This document shows, piece after piece, positions 26,611-35,713 of a stretch of 64,000 nucleotides of DNA. A program made the translations under genes and the position numbers. The stretch's first letter is position 1. Every line of letters begins with the position of its first letter. Source of the DNA: Candidatus Hodarchaeaceae archaeon (GTDB taxonomy: Archaea > Hadarchaeota > Hadarchaeia > Hadarchaeales > Hadarchaeaceae); NCBI GenBank assembly GCA_030018135.1, contig JASEGJ010000002.1:1230-65229 (forward strand). The letters run 5' to 3'. The notes beneath the pieces were generated by a model, which was given only the letters and a program-made list of their open reading frames with translations, did not search any database and was not told the origin of the DNA.

Positions 26611-29052
26611 GTGATCGAAAAAAACTTTGTTGTCAGGGTCAGGCAGAAACTCGACATGCTGGAGGAAACCGATAAAAATGTGTGTTACATCGGTCGCAAA
26701 CGTGGCGTGTGGCAAAAGTATGGTTCCAAAGCGGCCCTGTTGATCGGACGATTAGCTGAGAAATCAGAAAGTGGCAGAGATAAATATGGTCAACATGCCC
26801 TGTTGGACAGCATAAGCCCACATGTCATCTTCATTTGTGGCGCACGTGGATCTGGAAAATCGTACACATTGGGTGTTATAGCCGAGGAAATTGCGCTGAA
26901 GAACCCGAGTCTAGCTGTAGTCATAATTGACACCCTTGGCGTCTTCTGGAGCATGAAGTACCCAAATAAGGAAAAATCCGAGGTCGAGATTCTCAAGGGT
27001 TGGGAATTCCAGCCAAGGGGCATACAAAATTTGTATGTCTTCATACCTGGTGGCTACGTTGACAGGGTGCCGCGTGAAACCTATGATGCCAGTTTTGCGA
27101 TCAAGCCCGCCGAGCTGAGCGTTGAGGATTGGTGCTTGACGTTTGGCATCGATCGATATAGCCCAGTTGGACTATTGATGGACCGAGCGATTGAAAAAGT
27201 GCGCAATGGGTATGCCAAGGTCGTACAAATATCTGGGAGGCGGGAAATTCGCAGGGTCACGGGAAAGGGGTCAAACTTCAGCATTGATGATCTAGTTGAG
27301 TGCATAGACTCGGACGTTGAATTGACATCGAAAAAAGCTGGCTTTAAGGTAGACTCCAGACGCGCTTTGATTTCAAGGCTAGTTGCCGCGCGGGCTTGGG
27401 GGATATTTGGCGAAGGTGGCACAGATGTCCACGAAATCGCTCGCGAAGGCAGGATCAATGTCGTCGACGTCAGTTTTCTCGAGGAAAATGTGCGTGCGCT
27501 TGTAGTCGGCCTGTTGGCGCGTAAAATAATGGCTGCTAGAATAATATCCACGCGTAAGGAGGCGGTTGAGCGATTGCTTGAAGGCCGCGTGATCGAGGGT
27601 TTGGAGGAAATACCGGCCACTTGGTTGCTCGTGGACGAAGCTCATGTCTTTGTGCCTGCCGGAGGCAAGAAAACGGCTGCCAGCGATTCCCTAATCGAAT
27701 TCGTGAAGCAGGGGCGCCGCCCGGGCCTGACGGCCGTCCTTGCAACTCAACAGCCCAGCGCTTTAAGCTCAAGGGTGGTTTCGCAAGTCGACATGGTGAT
27801 TATCCACAAGCTAATCTTCGAGGACGATATCAAGGCCGCATTTAGGCGAATACCGACTGTGTTGCCGCCCGAGTTCAGGGAGCCCGCATTTGTTAAAATG
27901 CTGCCCATAGGCATCGCTATAATCGGGGACAAGGAAACAAGTCGGGCGTTTGTTGCATCGATTAGACCACGCCTCAGCCAACATGAGGGGCGGGAGGCCA
28001 CCCCACAACTTGAGAGGCCCGCATTTATGGATAAGCGCAAGATCTGGGGAGAAGTCCGGGACGTAGTACTCGCTCGTTTGAGGGGGGCACAGGGACAACT
28101 TGTGGATTTAGCCGAGATCGAAGACATCATTAAAAATGTTTCGGTGAAGTACGGGGTTGAAATCCCCGTTCGCTCGGTTCTCATGGACCTCAAACGAGAT
28201 GGCTTTCTTGATTTTGATGAAAAGGTGGCTTGGGTGCCCACAAAAATGGCTGGGGTAGAGGCTGCGGCAATGGAGAAGGAAATTCAAGCCATCAAATTTA
28301 GCATAGGTCGCGACATTGTCCAACGTGCCGCTGACGGAGATCGCCGAAAGCGATATGGAATTTTTGGGGAGCGAGAAAGACTGGCCTCGCTTGAGCAAAT
28401 TTACTACCCACTTTGGCGCGCGCTGGTGGACTACTCCTCAAAGGAGGGGAAGTACGTCAACTTAAGGATATATGTGGACGCCGTAACTGGTGAAGTCCTG
28501 CTCTTGGAGCGCGGCAAGGTTGTGCGAAGCCACGGTGTTCGTGAGCTGGCCAAACTTGGGCCGGGGTCCCGCAAGGTGCTATTTTACCTCGCGCGGCGCG
28601 GGCGGACAACCAGCACCGAGTTGGCTGCAGCTCTTAAGATGAGTCAAAGGAGTATTGCCGTGCGCCTTGGTGAATTGAAGGCGCTTGGGCTGCTCAATGT
28701 CAAGGAAAAAGGAGGGCTTAGATCGTTCGAGCTGAGTTTTCCGCCCAAGCGACTCCCGGAATGCCTTACCGATGGAAGGATATTGAGCGCTGAAAACCTG
28801 CCAGAGCCTTCGAGTGTAAGAGTCGAAGTTGGTAGATGCACGGTCATCGACGACCAGGTCGACGCCAAGAAATTACAAAAAGTGATAGGGATATGGGAGG
28901 GAGCTGAAATTTCCGGGCATGAACTGGTTTACTATCCCTACTGGCGGGCGACGTTTGCGGATGGGCGAGGCAACACGAGAAACGCGATCTATGATGGCTT
29001 AACCGGAAAACGGGATGTCTACGCCGAGTACGTGCTGAGGCGAAGGATGTAG
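26611..29052 (+). CDS. HerA/FtsK-superfamily (DUF87-like) ATPase with C-terminal repeat + wHTH extension
   Basis: Walker A GARGSGKSY, Walker B WLLVDEAH, ATQQPS block. The C-terminal ~330 aa carry two YYP(L/Y)WRA...(D)xxTG repeats flanking a wHTH (RKVLFYLARRGRTTSTELAAALKMSQRSIAVRLGELKALGLL). Confidence 0.8.
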   Translation: MIEKNFVVRVRQKLDMLEETDKNVCYIGRKRGVWQKYGSKAALLIGRLAEKSESGRDKYGQHALLDSISPHVIFICGARGSGKSYTLGVIAEEIALKNPSLAVVIIDTLGVFWSMKYPNKEKSEVEILKGWEFQPRGIQNLYVFIPGGYVDRVPRETYDASFAIKPAELSVEDWCLTFGIDRYSPVGLLMDRAIEKVRNGYAKVVQISGRREIRRVTGKGSNFSIDDLVECIDSDVELTSKKAGFKVDSRRALISRLVAARAWGIFGEGGTDVHEIAREGRINVVDVSFLEENVRALVVGLLARKIMAARIISTRKEAVERLLEGRVIEGLEEIPATWLLVDEAHVFVPAGGKKTAASDSLIEFVKQGRRPGLTAVLATQQPSALSSRVVSQVDMVIIHKLIFEDDIKAAFRRIPTVLPPEFREPAFVKMLPIGIAIIGDKETSRAFVASIRPRLSQHEGREATPQLERPAFMDKRKIWGEVRDVVLARLRGAQGQLVDLAEIEDIIKNVSVKYGVEIPVRSVLMDLKRDGFLDFDEKVAWVPTKMAGVEAAAMEKEIQAIKFSIGRDIVQRAADGDRRKRYGIFGERERLASLEQIYYPLWRALVDYSSKEGKYVNLRIYVDAVTGEVLLLERGKVVRSHGVRELAKLGPGSRKVLFYLARRGRTTSTELAAALKMSQRSIAVRLGELKALGLLNVKEKGGLRSFELSFPPKRLPECLTDGRILSAENLPEPSSVRVEVGRCTVIDDQVDAKKLQKVIGIWEGAEISGHELVYYPYWRATFADGRGNTRNAIYDGLTGKRDVYAEYVLRRRM

Positions 29053-29064
29053 GGGTTGTGAGCT

Positions 29065-29697
29065 TTGGTAGTGCCACTGATCACCAGCGGCGGCTTGATC
29101 CTGCTCACCATGACGATCGGGCCCATCGGCGCCGTGCCGTATGCAATCGACCGCGGCCTATCCATCGTTCAGGCGACCGTGGTTGTGTGCTCCGTGAACG
29201 TCGCGCTCGTCCCGATGTGGTTCGGCATCATGGAAGTTTTTGGATATAGCAAGAGGTACCACAAATACCTCGCAAACAGGGCATTGAAATACGTCTCGCG
29301 TAGGTCTGCGGAATTTCAAAGGAACCTTCAGGTTTGTGTGGCCGAGTTCGAGCGGCGACTCGGGCACATCGGCTTTTTCATCGGCTTGACCGTCTTCTCC
29401 TTCATCTTCGGGGTCGTTTGGCCCTCGATCGGCGCCTACTTTCTAAACATCAAGAGGGTGCCTGCACTCATCTCGATCTCGATCGGCGCAATCGGTAACG
29501 CCATCCTCTTCGGGTTAGCCGCGGTCGGAATGCTCCAGTTCGTGCCTAGCCCGAGGGCTCTTTACATTGGGCTGATGATGCTGACGGTCGCGTTTTTGTT
29601 CTACGGAAAGCTAAGGGAAATAAGGGTCCTGCGATCTATAGTGCGCAGATTGGAGAGGAGGCGCGGCAGCGATTACTCTTCTTCAAGCTCCTCGTAA
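29065..29697 (+). CDS. integral membrane protein (possibly small-multidrug-export-like)
   Basis: 210 aa, 4-5 hydrophobic segments, 12 nt downstream of the HerA-like gene. Confidence 0.55.
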   Translation: MVVPLITSGGLILLTMTIGPIGAVPYAIDRGLSIVQATVVVCSVNVALVPMWFGIMEVFGYSKRYHKYLANRALKYVSRRSAEFQRNLQVCVAEFERRLGHIGFFIGLTVFSFIFGVVWPSIGAYFLNIKRVPALISISIGAIGNAILFGLAAVGMLQFVPSPRALYIGLMMLTVAFLFYGKLREIRVLRSIVRRLERRRGSDYSSSSSS

Positions 29698-29816
29698 ATT
29701 TTTTCCTCTTCTTCGTAGAGGCAGGTGCCATCCGAGTAGTAGTCGCACTCCGCACAGCACTCATTTTTGTTCTCGCAGTCGTCATACATATAGCACTTGG
29801 AGCAACATTTCGGCAT
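29673..29816 (-). CDS. cysteine-rich acidic micro-protein (47 aa), absent from the ORF track
   Basis: Translates to MPKCCSKCYMYDDCENKNECCAECDYYSDGTCLYEEEEKIYEELEEE. GGAGGT lies 6 nt upstream of the ATG, and a TTAAATAA box lies further upstream. Confidence 0.45.
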   Translation of the reverse strand: MPKCCSKCYMYDDCENKNECCAECDYYSDGTCLYEEEEKIYEELEEE

Positions 29817-29890
29817 TTACAACCTCCAAGAATTTTCGTTTCATCAACGCCAAACCCATTATTTAAGGTTTTCGCGCGCGCGGGGGTTGT

Positions 29891-30027
29891 AGAAAATTCG
29901 TATGTATTAAGCTTGCCGAAAAGAAGCCCGATTTAGCCTCCGTTCAATGCGTTATCCTACAAAACTGATGAAAAGAAGGTCAAAAAAAGCTCCGTTTTAA
30001 AAACAGCTTAATACGTACGAAAATTCT
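29891..30027. repeat. 23-bp imperfect inverted repeat separated by 91 bp
   Basis: AGAAAATTCGTATGTATTAAGCT (29891-29913) against AGCTTAATACGTACGAAAATTCT (30005-30027): 20 of 23 positions complementary. Confidence 0.6.
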
Positions 30028-30138
30028 GATTTTTAAGTGCCTGAATCTGGCCTATAGGGAAGTCGAGGGGGACGGAACGAAGCGATATATTTATAAGCTG
30101 TGCCTACCCTAAAGGCTCAATCAAACTTTGGTGATCAC

Positions 30139-30387
30139 ATGGAATTCTGCCCCAAATGCGGTAGCGTGCTTTTACCCAAAAAGGCGGGGCGCAGCACGAG
30201 GCTCGCCTGTCCGCGTTGCGGTTACAAGGGCAAACTAAAGAAGCCCACGGCTTACAAGATCAGCGAGAAGGGAAAGGAAGCCAAGGAAGTCGCAGTTGTG
30301 GAGGAGAAAGAAACGAAAAAGAAGAAGCGGCCGGAGCCGGAATACGAGCTTGAGCCGATCGAGTACTACGAGGATCTCTACGAGTAG
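30139..30387 (+). CDS. zinc-ribbon protein resembling the N-terminal domain of TFS/RpoM only
   Basis: MEFCPKCGSVLLP...LACPRCGY matches the Rpb9/TFS N-terminal ribbon. The C-terminal TFIIS-type ribbon is replaced by a K/E-rich tail. An ATATATTTATAA box lies upstream. Confidence 0.55.
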   Translation: MEFCPKCGSVLLPKKAGRSTRLACPRCGYKGKLKKPTAYKISEKGKEAKEVAVVEEKETKKKKRPEPEYELEPIEYYEDLYE

Positions 30388-31200
30388 CTAAACCTTGACG
30401 ACCGCCCCCTCCAGGGCCTTTCCGCACGCGCAGGAGCGCGCAGCTGGGATTCGGGAGATTGTGGAGAACAATAGCCTTTTGACCCGCTCTATATTGGTCG
30501 CCATCAGCTCCGCTACTTCTGCATGGGTCAGTTTTGCCCTTGAGATGCCCGCCGCAAAATTTGTGACCACCGCAACCGCCGCATAGCAGAGCTCAAGCTC
30601 GCGCGCCAGCACGCATTCGGGCACATTCGTCATTCCGACGAGATCGCAACCCAGGCGGCGTAGCGCTCTAATTTCGGCCGCCGTCTCGAAGCGTGGGCCA
30701 TCCATGCACGCATAAACTGCGCGGGGGTGGAGCTTGATTTTTAACTCGCGCGCCGCCTCGGTTAGGATGCTGCGAAGCTCAGGGCAGTAGGGTTCCGTTA
30801 CGTCGATGTGCACAACCCCCCTCTCGCCCCCCTCGTAAAACGTCGCAGGGCGCCGCTTGGTGAAGTCCACGAATTGGTCGAGCAATGCAAGTTCGCCCGG
30901 TCGCATCTTAGAGTTAATAGAACCGGACGCCGTCGTCGCCAGCACGCGCTTTACGCCGAGCTCGTGAAGCGCCCATAAATTCGCGCGGTAATTGACCATG
31001 TGCGGCGGCACCGTGTGCCCCTTGCCGTGGCGCGGCAAGAAGGCAACCCGGCGATCGTCAAGCTTACCAACGATCACCTCGGGAGATCTGCCGTACGGCG
31101 TGTCGACGACGGTAGCTTCGACATCCTGGAGAAGGTCTAAAGCGTAGACGCCGGAACCGCCTATGACCGCGATCTCCGCCTTCAGGTCATCACCCCCCAA
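30388..31200 (-). CDS. mtnP: S-methyl-5'-thioadenosine phosphorylase (PNP family)
   Basis: [11 protein letters not shown]-terminus, FLPRHG, and MTNVPE blocks typical of MTAP. Confidence 0.88.
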   Translation of the reverse strand: MGGDDLKAEIAVIGGSGVYALDLLQDVEATVVDTPYGRSPEVIVGKLDDRRVAFLPRHGKGHTVPPHMVNYRANLWALHELGVKRVLATTASGSINSKMRPGELALLDQFVDFTKRRPATFYEGGERGVVHIDVTEPYCPELRSILTEAARELKIKLHPRAVYACMDGPRFETAAEIRALRRLGCDLVGMTNVPECVLARELELCYAAVAVVTNFAAGISRAKLTHAEVAELMATNIERVKRLLFSTISRIPAARSCACGKALEGAVVKV

Positions 31201-31957
31201 ACCTGCGCTCCCTTCCTTGATAAGTACGTATCGCTCGCAAAAAATCTATCCTCGTGAATTCGGGCCAGTTGGCCTCACAAAAGTAAAGCTCGCTGTACGC
31301 CGACTGCCATAGCAGAAAGCCGCTCAACCTCTCCTCCCCACTTGTCCTTATGATTAAGTCCGGGTCCGGCTCGCCAGCCGTGTAGAGGTGGCTACCGATG
31401 AGCGGTTCATCGATGTCCTCAGGCTTCAGCTCGCCGCCCTTGACGCGCTCGCATATCCTCCTGACGGCCGAGACAATCTCTGCCCTGCCGCCGTAACCTA
31501 TCGCAACGTTGAGGAAATACGCATCGTGATCCCGGGTCGCTTCCTCGGCCTTCTTTATGGCTGCCACCACCCGCTCCGGTAGGCGGCTGAGGTCCCCGAT
31601 CACGCGGATGCGGACCTTGTTTTTATGAACGTCTGTCGCGATCTTCTCGAACCTCTCTGCAAATAGGTCCATTAAGGCCTCGACCTCCTTGCTCGGCCTA
31701 TTAAAGTTCTCGGTGGAAAAGGCGTAAACAGTTCCGTATTTGATGCCAAGCTCCTGACACCAGCCGAGGACCTCCTCGAGCTTTTCGGCGCCGAGGACAT
31801 GACCCCGCCATTCCTCCAAGCCCGCCTCGCGCGCGAAGCGGCGGTTGCCATCCAGAATAATGGCCACGTGCTTTGGCATCTTGTTTTTCCTTACTTCGTC
31901 AAGTAAACGTCGCTCATAGTACCTCGCGGCCAAGCGGTACAACCTATCTAAAATCAT
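31190..31957 (-). CDS. uppS: cis-prenyltransferase (undecaprenyl diphosphate synthase family)
   Basis: [13 protein letters not shown], the [15 protein letters not shown] motif and a C-terminal RRFG. Confidence 0.92.
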   Translation of the reverse strand: MILDRLYRLAARYYERRLLDEVRKNKMPKHVAIILDGNRRFAREAGLEEWRGHVLGAEKLEEVLGWCQELGIKYGTVYAFSTENFNRPSKEVEALMDLFAERFEKIATDVHKNKVRIRVIGDLSRLPERVVAAIKKAEEATRDHDAYFLNVAIGYGGRAEIVSAVRRICERVKGGELKPEDIDEPLIGSHLYTAGEPDPDLIIRTSGEERLSGFLLWQSAYSELYFCEANWPEFTRIDFLRAIRTYQGRERRFGG

Positions 31958-32013
31958 TTTTATCCAAGGTTGTTTATGCGTGCTACTTTAAACCATTTTC
32001 AATCATACCTTTT

Positions 32014-32568
32014 ATGCGTGGACAAATGCGCGTTGCGGTCGGCTCCACCAACCCGGTGAAAATAAAAGCGGTGCGCAATATCCTCGGGGAACTGTTTCGA
32101 GATTTGAGAGTGGAAGGGATAAACGTGGGTCCGGAAATCCCGCCGCAACCGATCGGTCAGGAGACGGTAATCAAGGGTGCCGTAGACAGGGCCCGACATG
32201 CCATCTCGGCCGGAGGTTTTGATCTCGGAGTTGGCATTGAAGCGGGTTTGGTGCCAATCGAGCAAGCGAACTCTGGTTTTGTGGACATGCAGTGGTGCGC
32301 CATCGTCGATAAATGCGGGCGCGTGACGCTCGGACACAGCGCAGGTTTTGAATACCCGCCGGCGGTGATAGATGAGGTTCTGGAGAAGAACGTCGAAGTT
32401 GGAAAAATTATGGAGCGCTTGACCGGCATAAAACAAATCGGGAAGCGCATGGGCGCAATCGGCTACCTCTCCCACGGCAAGATAGATCGAGTTCGCCTCA
32501 CTGAACAAGCCGTGCTGATGGCGATGTTACCGCGGTTGAATCCTGAATTGTACGGGCTTTCTAGGTAA
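32014..32568 (+). CDS. inosine/xanthosine triphosphatase (YjjX/NTPase family)
   Basis: MRVAVGSTNPVKIKAV N-terminus and the family layout. Start placed at 32014; the longer listed ORF overlaps uppS. Confidence 0.75.
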   Translation: MRGQMRVAVGSTNPVKIKAVRNILGELFRDLRVEGINVGPEIPPQPIGQETVIKGAVDRARHAISAGGFDLGVGIEAGLVPIEQANSGFVDMQWCAIVDKCGRVTLGHSAGFEYPPAVIDEVLEKNVEVGKIMERLTGIKQIGKRMGAIGYLSHGKIDRVRLTEQAVLMAMLPRLNPELYGLSR

Positions 32569-32721
32569 AAATCTTGACTAAAATTAATTAAAATGAGCTT
32601 ATTTTGTTAAATTTAGCCGTATTAATGCTTTAAAAGGAAAAATTTTTATATAAAGGGGCAGAATGAACTTGTGTGGCTGACCGAGAAAAGGTGGGGTGAA
32701 TAATCACATAGGGTAGGAAAA

Positions 32722-35043
32722 GTGGTGCACGTCAGCAAAATAGAGATGCGGGGTTTCAAGTCCTTTGGAAACACAAAAGTGAGCCTTCCCCTCTCTTCGT
32801 GTTTAACGGCGATCGTTGGGCCGAACGGTTCCGGAAAGAGCAACATAATCGAGGCTTTTTGTTTCGTCCTGGGGTGGATGAGCGCCAAGACCATGCGCGC
32901 CGAGAGGTTTTCCGATTTGTTGTTCAACGGCGGCAACGGTCAACGGCCGGCGCCATTCGCGGAGGTTTCGCTTCACTTCGACAACAGCGATGGAGTTTTG
33001 CCCGTTGACTCGAAAACCGTTGTGATAGCGCGGCGCGTGGATCGCAGCGGCAAATGCGTGTATAGACTTAATAAAAAGCGCGCGTCGCGACAGGAGATAG
33101 TCGACCTGCTCTCGAAAGTCATGTCGAGCCCGGGCGGTTACAATTTCATAATGCAGGGAGATGTCGACCGATTTATAAAGATGAATCCCCTCGAGCGCAG
33201 ATCGATCATCGACGACCTCGCGGGAATCGCGGAATACGACGAGAAGAAAGAAAAGTCGCTTGCGGAGCTTCAACGAGTCGAGACAAATCTTCAGAGCATG
33301 GGTGCCATCCTCAACGAGATCGGCATGCAAATGGAAAAGTTGCGCATAGAGAAGGAGGGGGCCATGCGCTACAGGCAACTTAAAAATCAGCTCGAGCAGG
33401 GGCGCGCAATGCTGCTGCTCGCTCAACAAAACATCTGCGGGCGGAAGCTGTCCGAAATTCAGCGCAAGATAAGTGCTAAAAACGGTGAACTCTCAGAGCT
33501 CCGCGATGAATCGCAAAAAATTGCAGACGCAATAAATCAACACGAAAGAAAAATCAAGCAACTTGATAAACTCATCCATGAAAAGCAAAGCGCGGACATC
33601 CTCGCCGCGGCCGAGAATTTGCGCGAGCGCATCCGCACCCTGACCGAGATGATAGCGTCCACAAACGACGAGCAAACCGCGGTTAAAACAAGAATCGCAA
33701 ACGTCCAAGCTGAGATCAAAAAAGTTAGCGGGGAGGCTCAAAGGGTGGCCGGCGAGGGACCCGAGCGATTGCTGAGAGAAATAGAAAAAATCTCAACGAA
33801 ATTTACGGAGCTCCGCGATGAGTTCGATGGCCTGCTCCAAACATTGGATAGGGCCGACCGCAGGTCTTTTACGGATGTGCGCAAGGTGCTTGGCCGAGCA
33901 CAAAAGGTGCTTCACGACATGCGCCCCATAATCAACGATTTCGATGGATGCATCAAGCGGACAACGGAGTTATGGAATAAGTTTCCACAGGTCCCCACAG
34001 GTGATTTACGCAAACCAGAATCTGAACTCCAGGGGCTGCAGGCAGATCTGATATCCCTAGAGGGACAGCACGTTCAGCTCGATAAAAGGTTCGAGGAACT
34101 GCAGCGAAAAGTGCAGGAGGCCAGAGTTGCCCTCGAGACCGCTTCTAAGCGAGGGGATGAGGTACAAAAATCCATCCGGGCAATGTGTGGGGAAAAGGAG
34201 AGCTCGCAGCGCAAGATATCGTCCTTGAGGGGAAGGGCCACGCGCATTCAGGAAGAAATTCAGGCCCTCGAGGGCAAGCTGCAGGAGTACCGCATTGAGG
34301 AAGCTCGCCTGCAGACCCAACTTGATGCGACTGAAAGGGAGTCAAAGCGCATTAAGGTAAGAGTGAAGGAAGTCAAACATGTCGATCCATCCAAGTTGGA
34401 GCGGGAAATAGAAAAGGTGGAGGCCGAACTTGAGACGATTGGGCCAGTTAACGAGCGAGCGATAAGGGACTTCAGAAACACAGAACGCCGTTACAGCGCC
34501 CAGAAGGCACAGTACGACAAGCTGGTGGGCGAAAGGCAGTCCATCCTCGATTTCATGCGGGAAATAGATCAAAAGAAGACCGAGGTCTTCATGAAGACGT
34601 TCAATGAAATATCCAAGAATTTTGGCAAAATCTTCAGCGAGCTCTCCCCGGGCGGCTCGGCGAGGCTGATCCTAGAGAACCCCGAGCACCCGCTCGATGG
34701 GGGGCTGGAGATAGAGGCAAAGCCCGCCGGCAAGGAGGTCGTACATGTCGGCGCCATGTCGGGCGGCGAGCGGGCCCTGACGGCGCTTGCGTTCATCTTC
34801 TCGATCCAGCGGGCGAGGCCGACCGCGCTCTACGTGCTCGACGAGATAGACGCTCACCTAGACGACGAAAACCTGCGACGTGTTGCGGAGATGCTGCACC
34901 GCTCCTCACGGGAAACACAAATAGTAGTCGTCACGCTGAGGGATTCGATGATGTCCGTTGCTGATCGCCTCTTCGGCGTAAGCATGGATAGCAGCGGGGT
35001 TTCGCGCATGGTGTCGGTCGAGCTGGCTGGCTTGGCTGCATGA
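32722..35043 (+). CDS. smc: SMC-type chromosome segregation ATPase, unusually short (773 aa)
   Basis: N-terminal head with GPNGSGKSN, C-terminal head with signature MSGGERALTALAFIF and Walker B LYVLDEIDAHLD. The coiled-coil middle is only about 435 aa. Followed by scpA and scpB. Confidence 0.88.
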   Translation: MVHVSKIEMRGFKSFGNTKVSLPLSSCLTAIVGPNGSGKSNIIEAFCFVLGWMSAKTMRAERFSDLLFNGGNGQRPAPFAEVSLHFDNSDGVLPVDSKTVVIARRVDRSGKCVYRLNKKRASRQEIVDLLSKVMSSPGGYNFIMQGDVDRFIKMNPLERRSIIDDLAGIAEYDEKKEKSLAELQRVETNLQSMGAILNEIGMQMEKLRIEKEGAMRYRQLKNQLEQGRAMLLLAQQNICGRKLSEIQRKISAKNGELSELRDESQKIADAINQHERKIKQLDKLIHEKQSADILAAAENLRERIRTLTEMIASTNDEQTAVKTRIANVQAEIKKVSGEAQRVAGEGPERLLREIEKISTKFTELRDEFDGLLQTLDRADRRSFTDVRKVLGRAQKVLHDMRPIINDFDGCIKRTTELWNKFPQVPTGDLRKPESELQGLQADLISLEGQHVQLDKRFEELQRKVQEARVALETASKRGDEVQKSIRAMCGEKESSQRKISSLRGRATRIQEEIQALEGKLQEYRIEEARLQTQLDATERESKRIKVRVKEVKHVDPSKLEREIEKVEAELETIGPVNERAIRDFRNTERRYSAQKAQYDKLVGERQSILDFMREIDQKKTEVFMKTFNEISKNFGKIFSELSPGGSARLILENPEHPLDGGLEIEAKPAGKEVVHVGAMSGGERALTALAFIFSIQRARPTALYVLDEIDAHLDDENLRRVAEMLHRSSRETQIVVVTLRDSMMSVADRLFGVSMDSSGVSRMVSVELAGLAA

Positions 35044-35044
35044 G

Positions 35045-35713
35045 GTGTTCGCTATGACCGTAGTGGTGGACCAACCGTTTCAAATATTGCTTGAGCTCGT
35101 CCAATCGCACAAGCTTGACCCGTGGGATGTGGATATCGAGAGGCTTGCTGACATCTTCGCGCGGCGCATAAGGGAGATGCGGGAGCTCGACCTCCGCGTG
35201 TCGGGGCGGACGCTGCTGTCGGCGTCGGTGCTGTTGCGCATAAAGTCCGACTACGTGCTAAATGGCAACGGGCATGAGCAATCCAGCGAGGAGGAACTCG
35301 ACGAGGTTTTTGACCTCAACCTGCCTGAGCTGGGCTCCATCATGATGATACAGCGGACACCTCGAAAGATCACGCTTGTGGACCTAATGGACGCGCTCCG
35401 GGGCGCCCTGAAGGAGGCTCCGACGCATGCGCGGCCGTCCAGAGGGGCGATGGAAAAAGTCGTGCGGATGCTGAACGAATACCACATCAACATCGAGAAG
35501 TACCTCGAGAGGCTACATAAACGGGTAGCCGAGCTGGCAGCCGATGGCCGCAGGATCACGATGTCCGAGCTCATCACGGAGCGGACCAGGATAGCCGTGG
35601 CGCGAACTTTGCTCCTCCTCTTGTTCTTGGGCGTGCAGGGGAAGGTGGCGATATGGCAGGATGAGCCCCTCGGCGAGATATTCGTCTCCCTACTAAAGCC
35701 GCCGGGTGCTTAG
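35045..35713 (+). CDS. scpA: segregation and condensation protein A (kleisin)
   Basis: N-terminal LLELVQSHKLDPWDVDI motif typical of ScpA. Sits directly after smc. Confidence 0.85.
   Translation: MFAMTVVVDQPFQILLELVQSHKLDPWDVDIERLADIFARRIREMRELDLRVSGRTLLSASVLLRIKSDYVLNGNGHEQSSEEELDEVFDLNLPELGSIMMIQRTPRKITLVDLMDALRGALKEAPTHARPSRGAMEKVVRMLNEYHINIEKYLERLHKRVAELAADGRRITMSELITERTRIAVARTLLLLLFLGVQGKVAIWQDEPLGEIFVSLLKPPGA

Noticed and set aside
29966-30028. C/D-box sRNA: TGATGA at 29966-29971 and CTGA at about 30025-30028, roughly 60 nt apart.
   Set aside because: No recognisable D' and C' boxes at the expected spacing and no terminal kink-turn stem. The box matches are short enough to occur by chance in AT-rich DNA.
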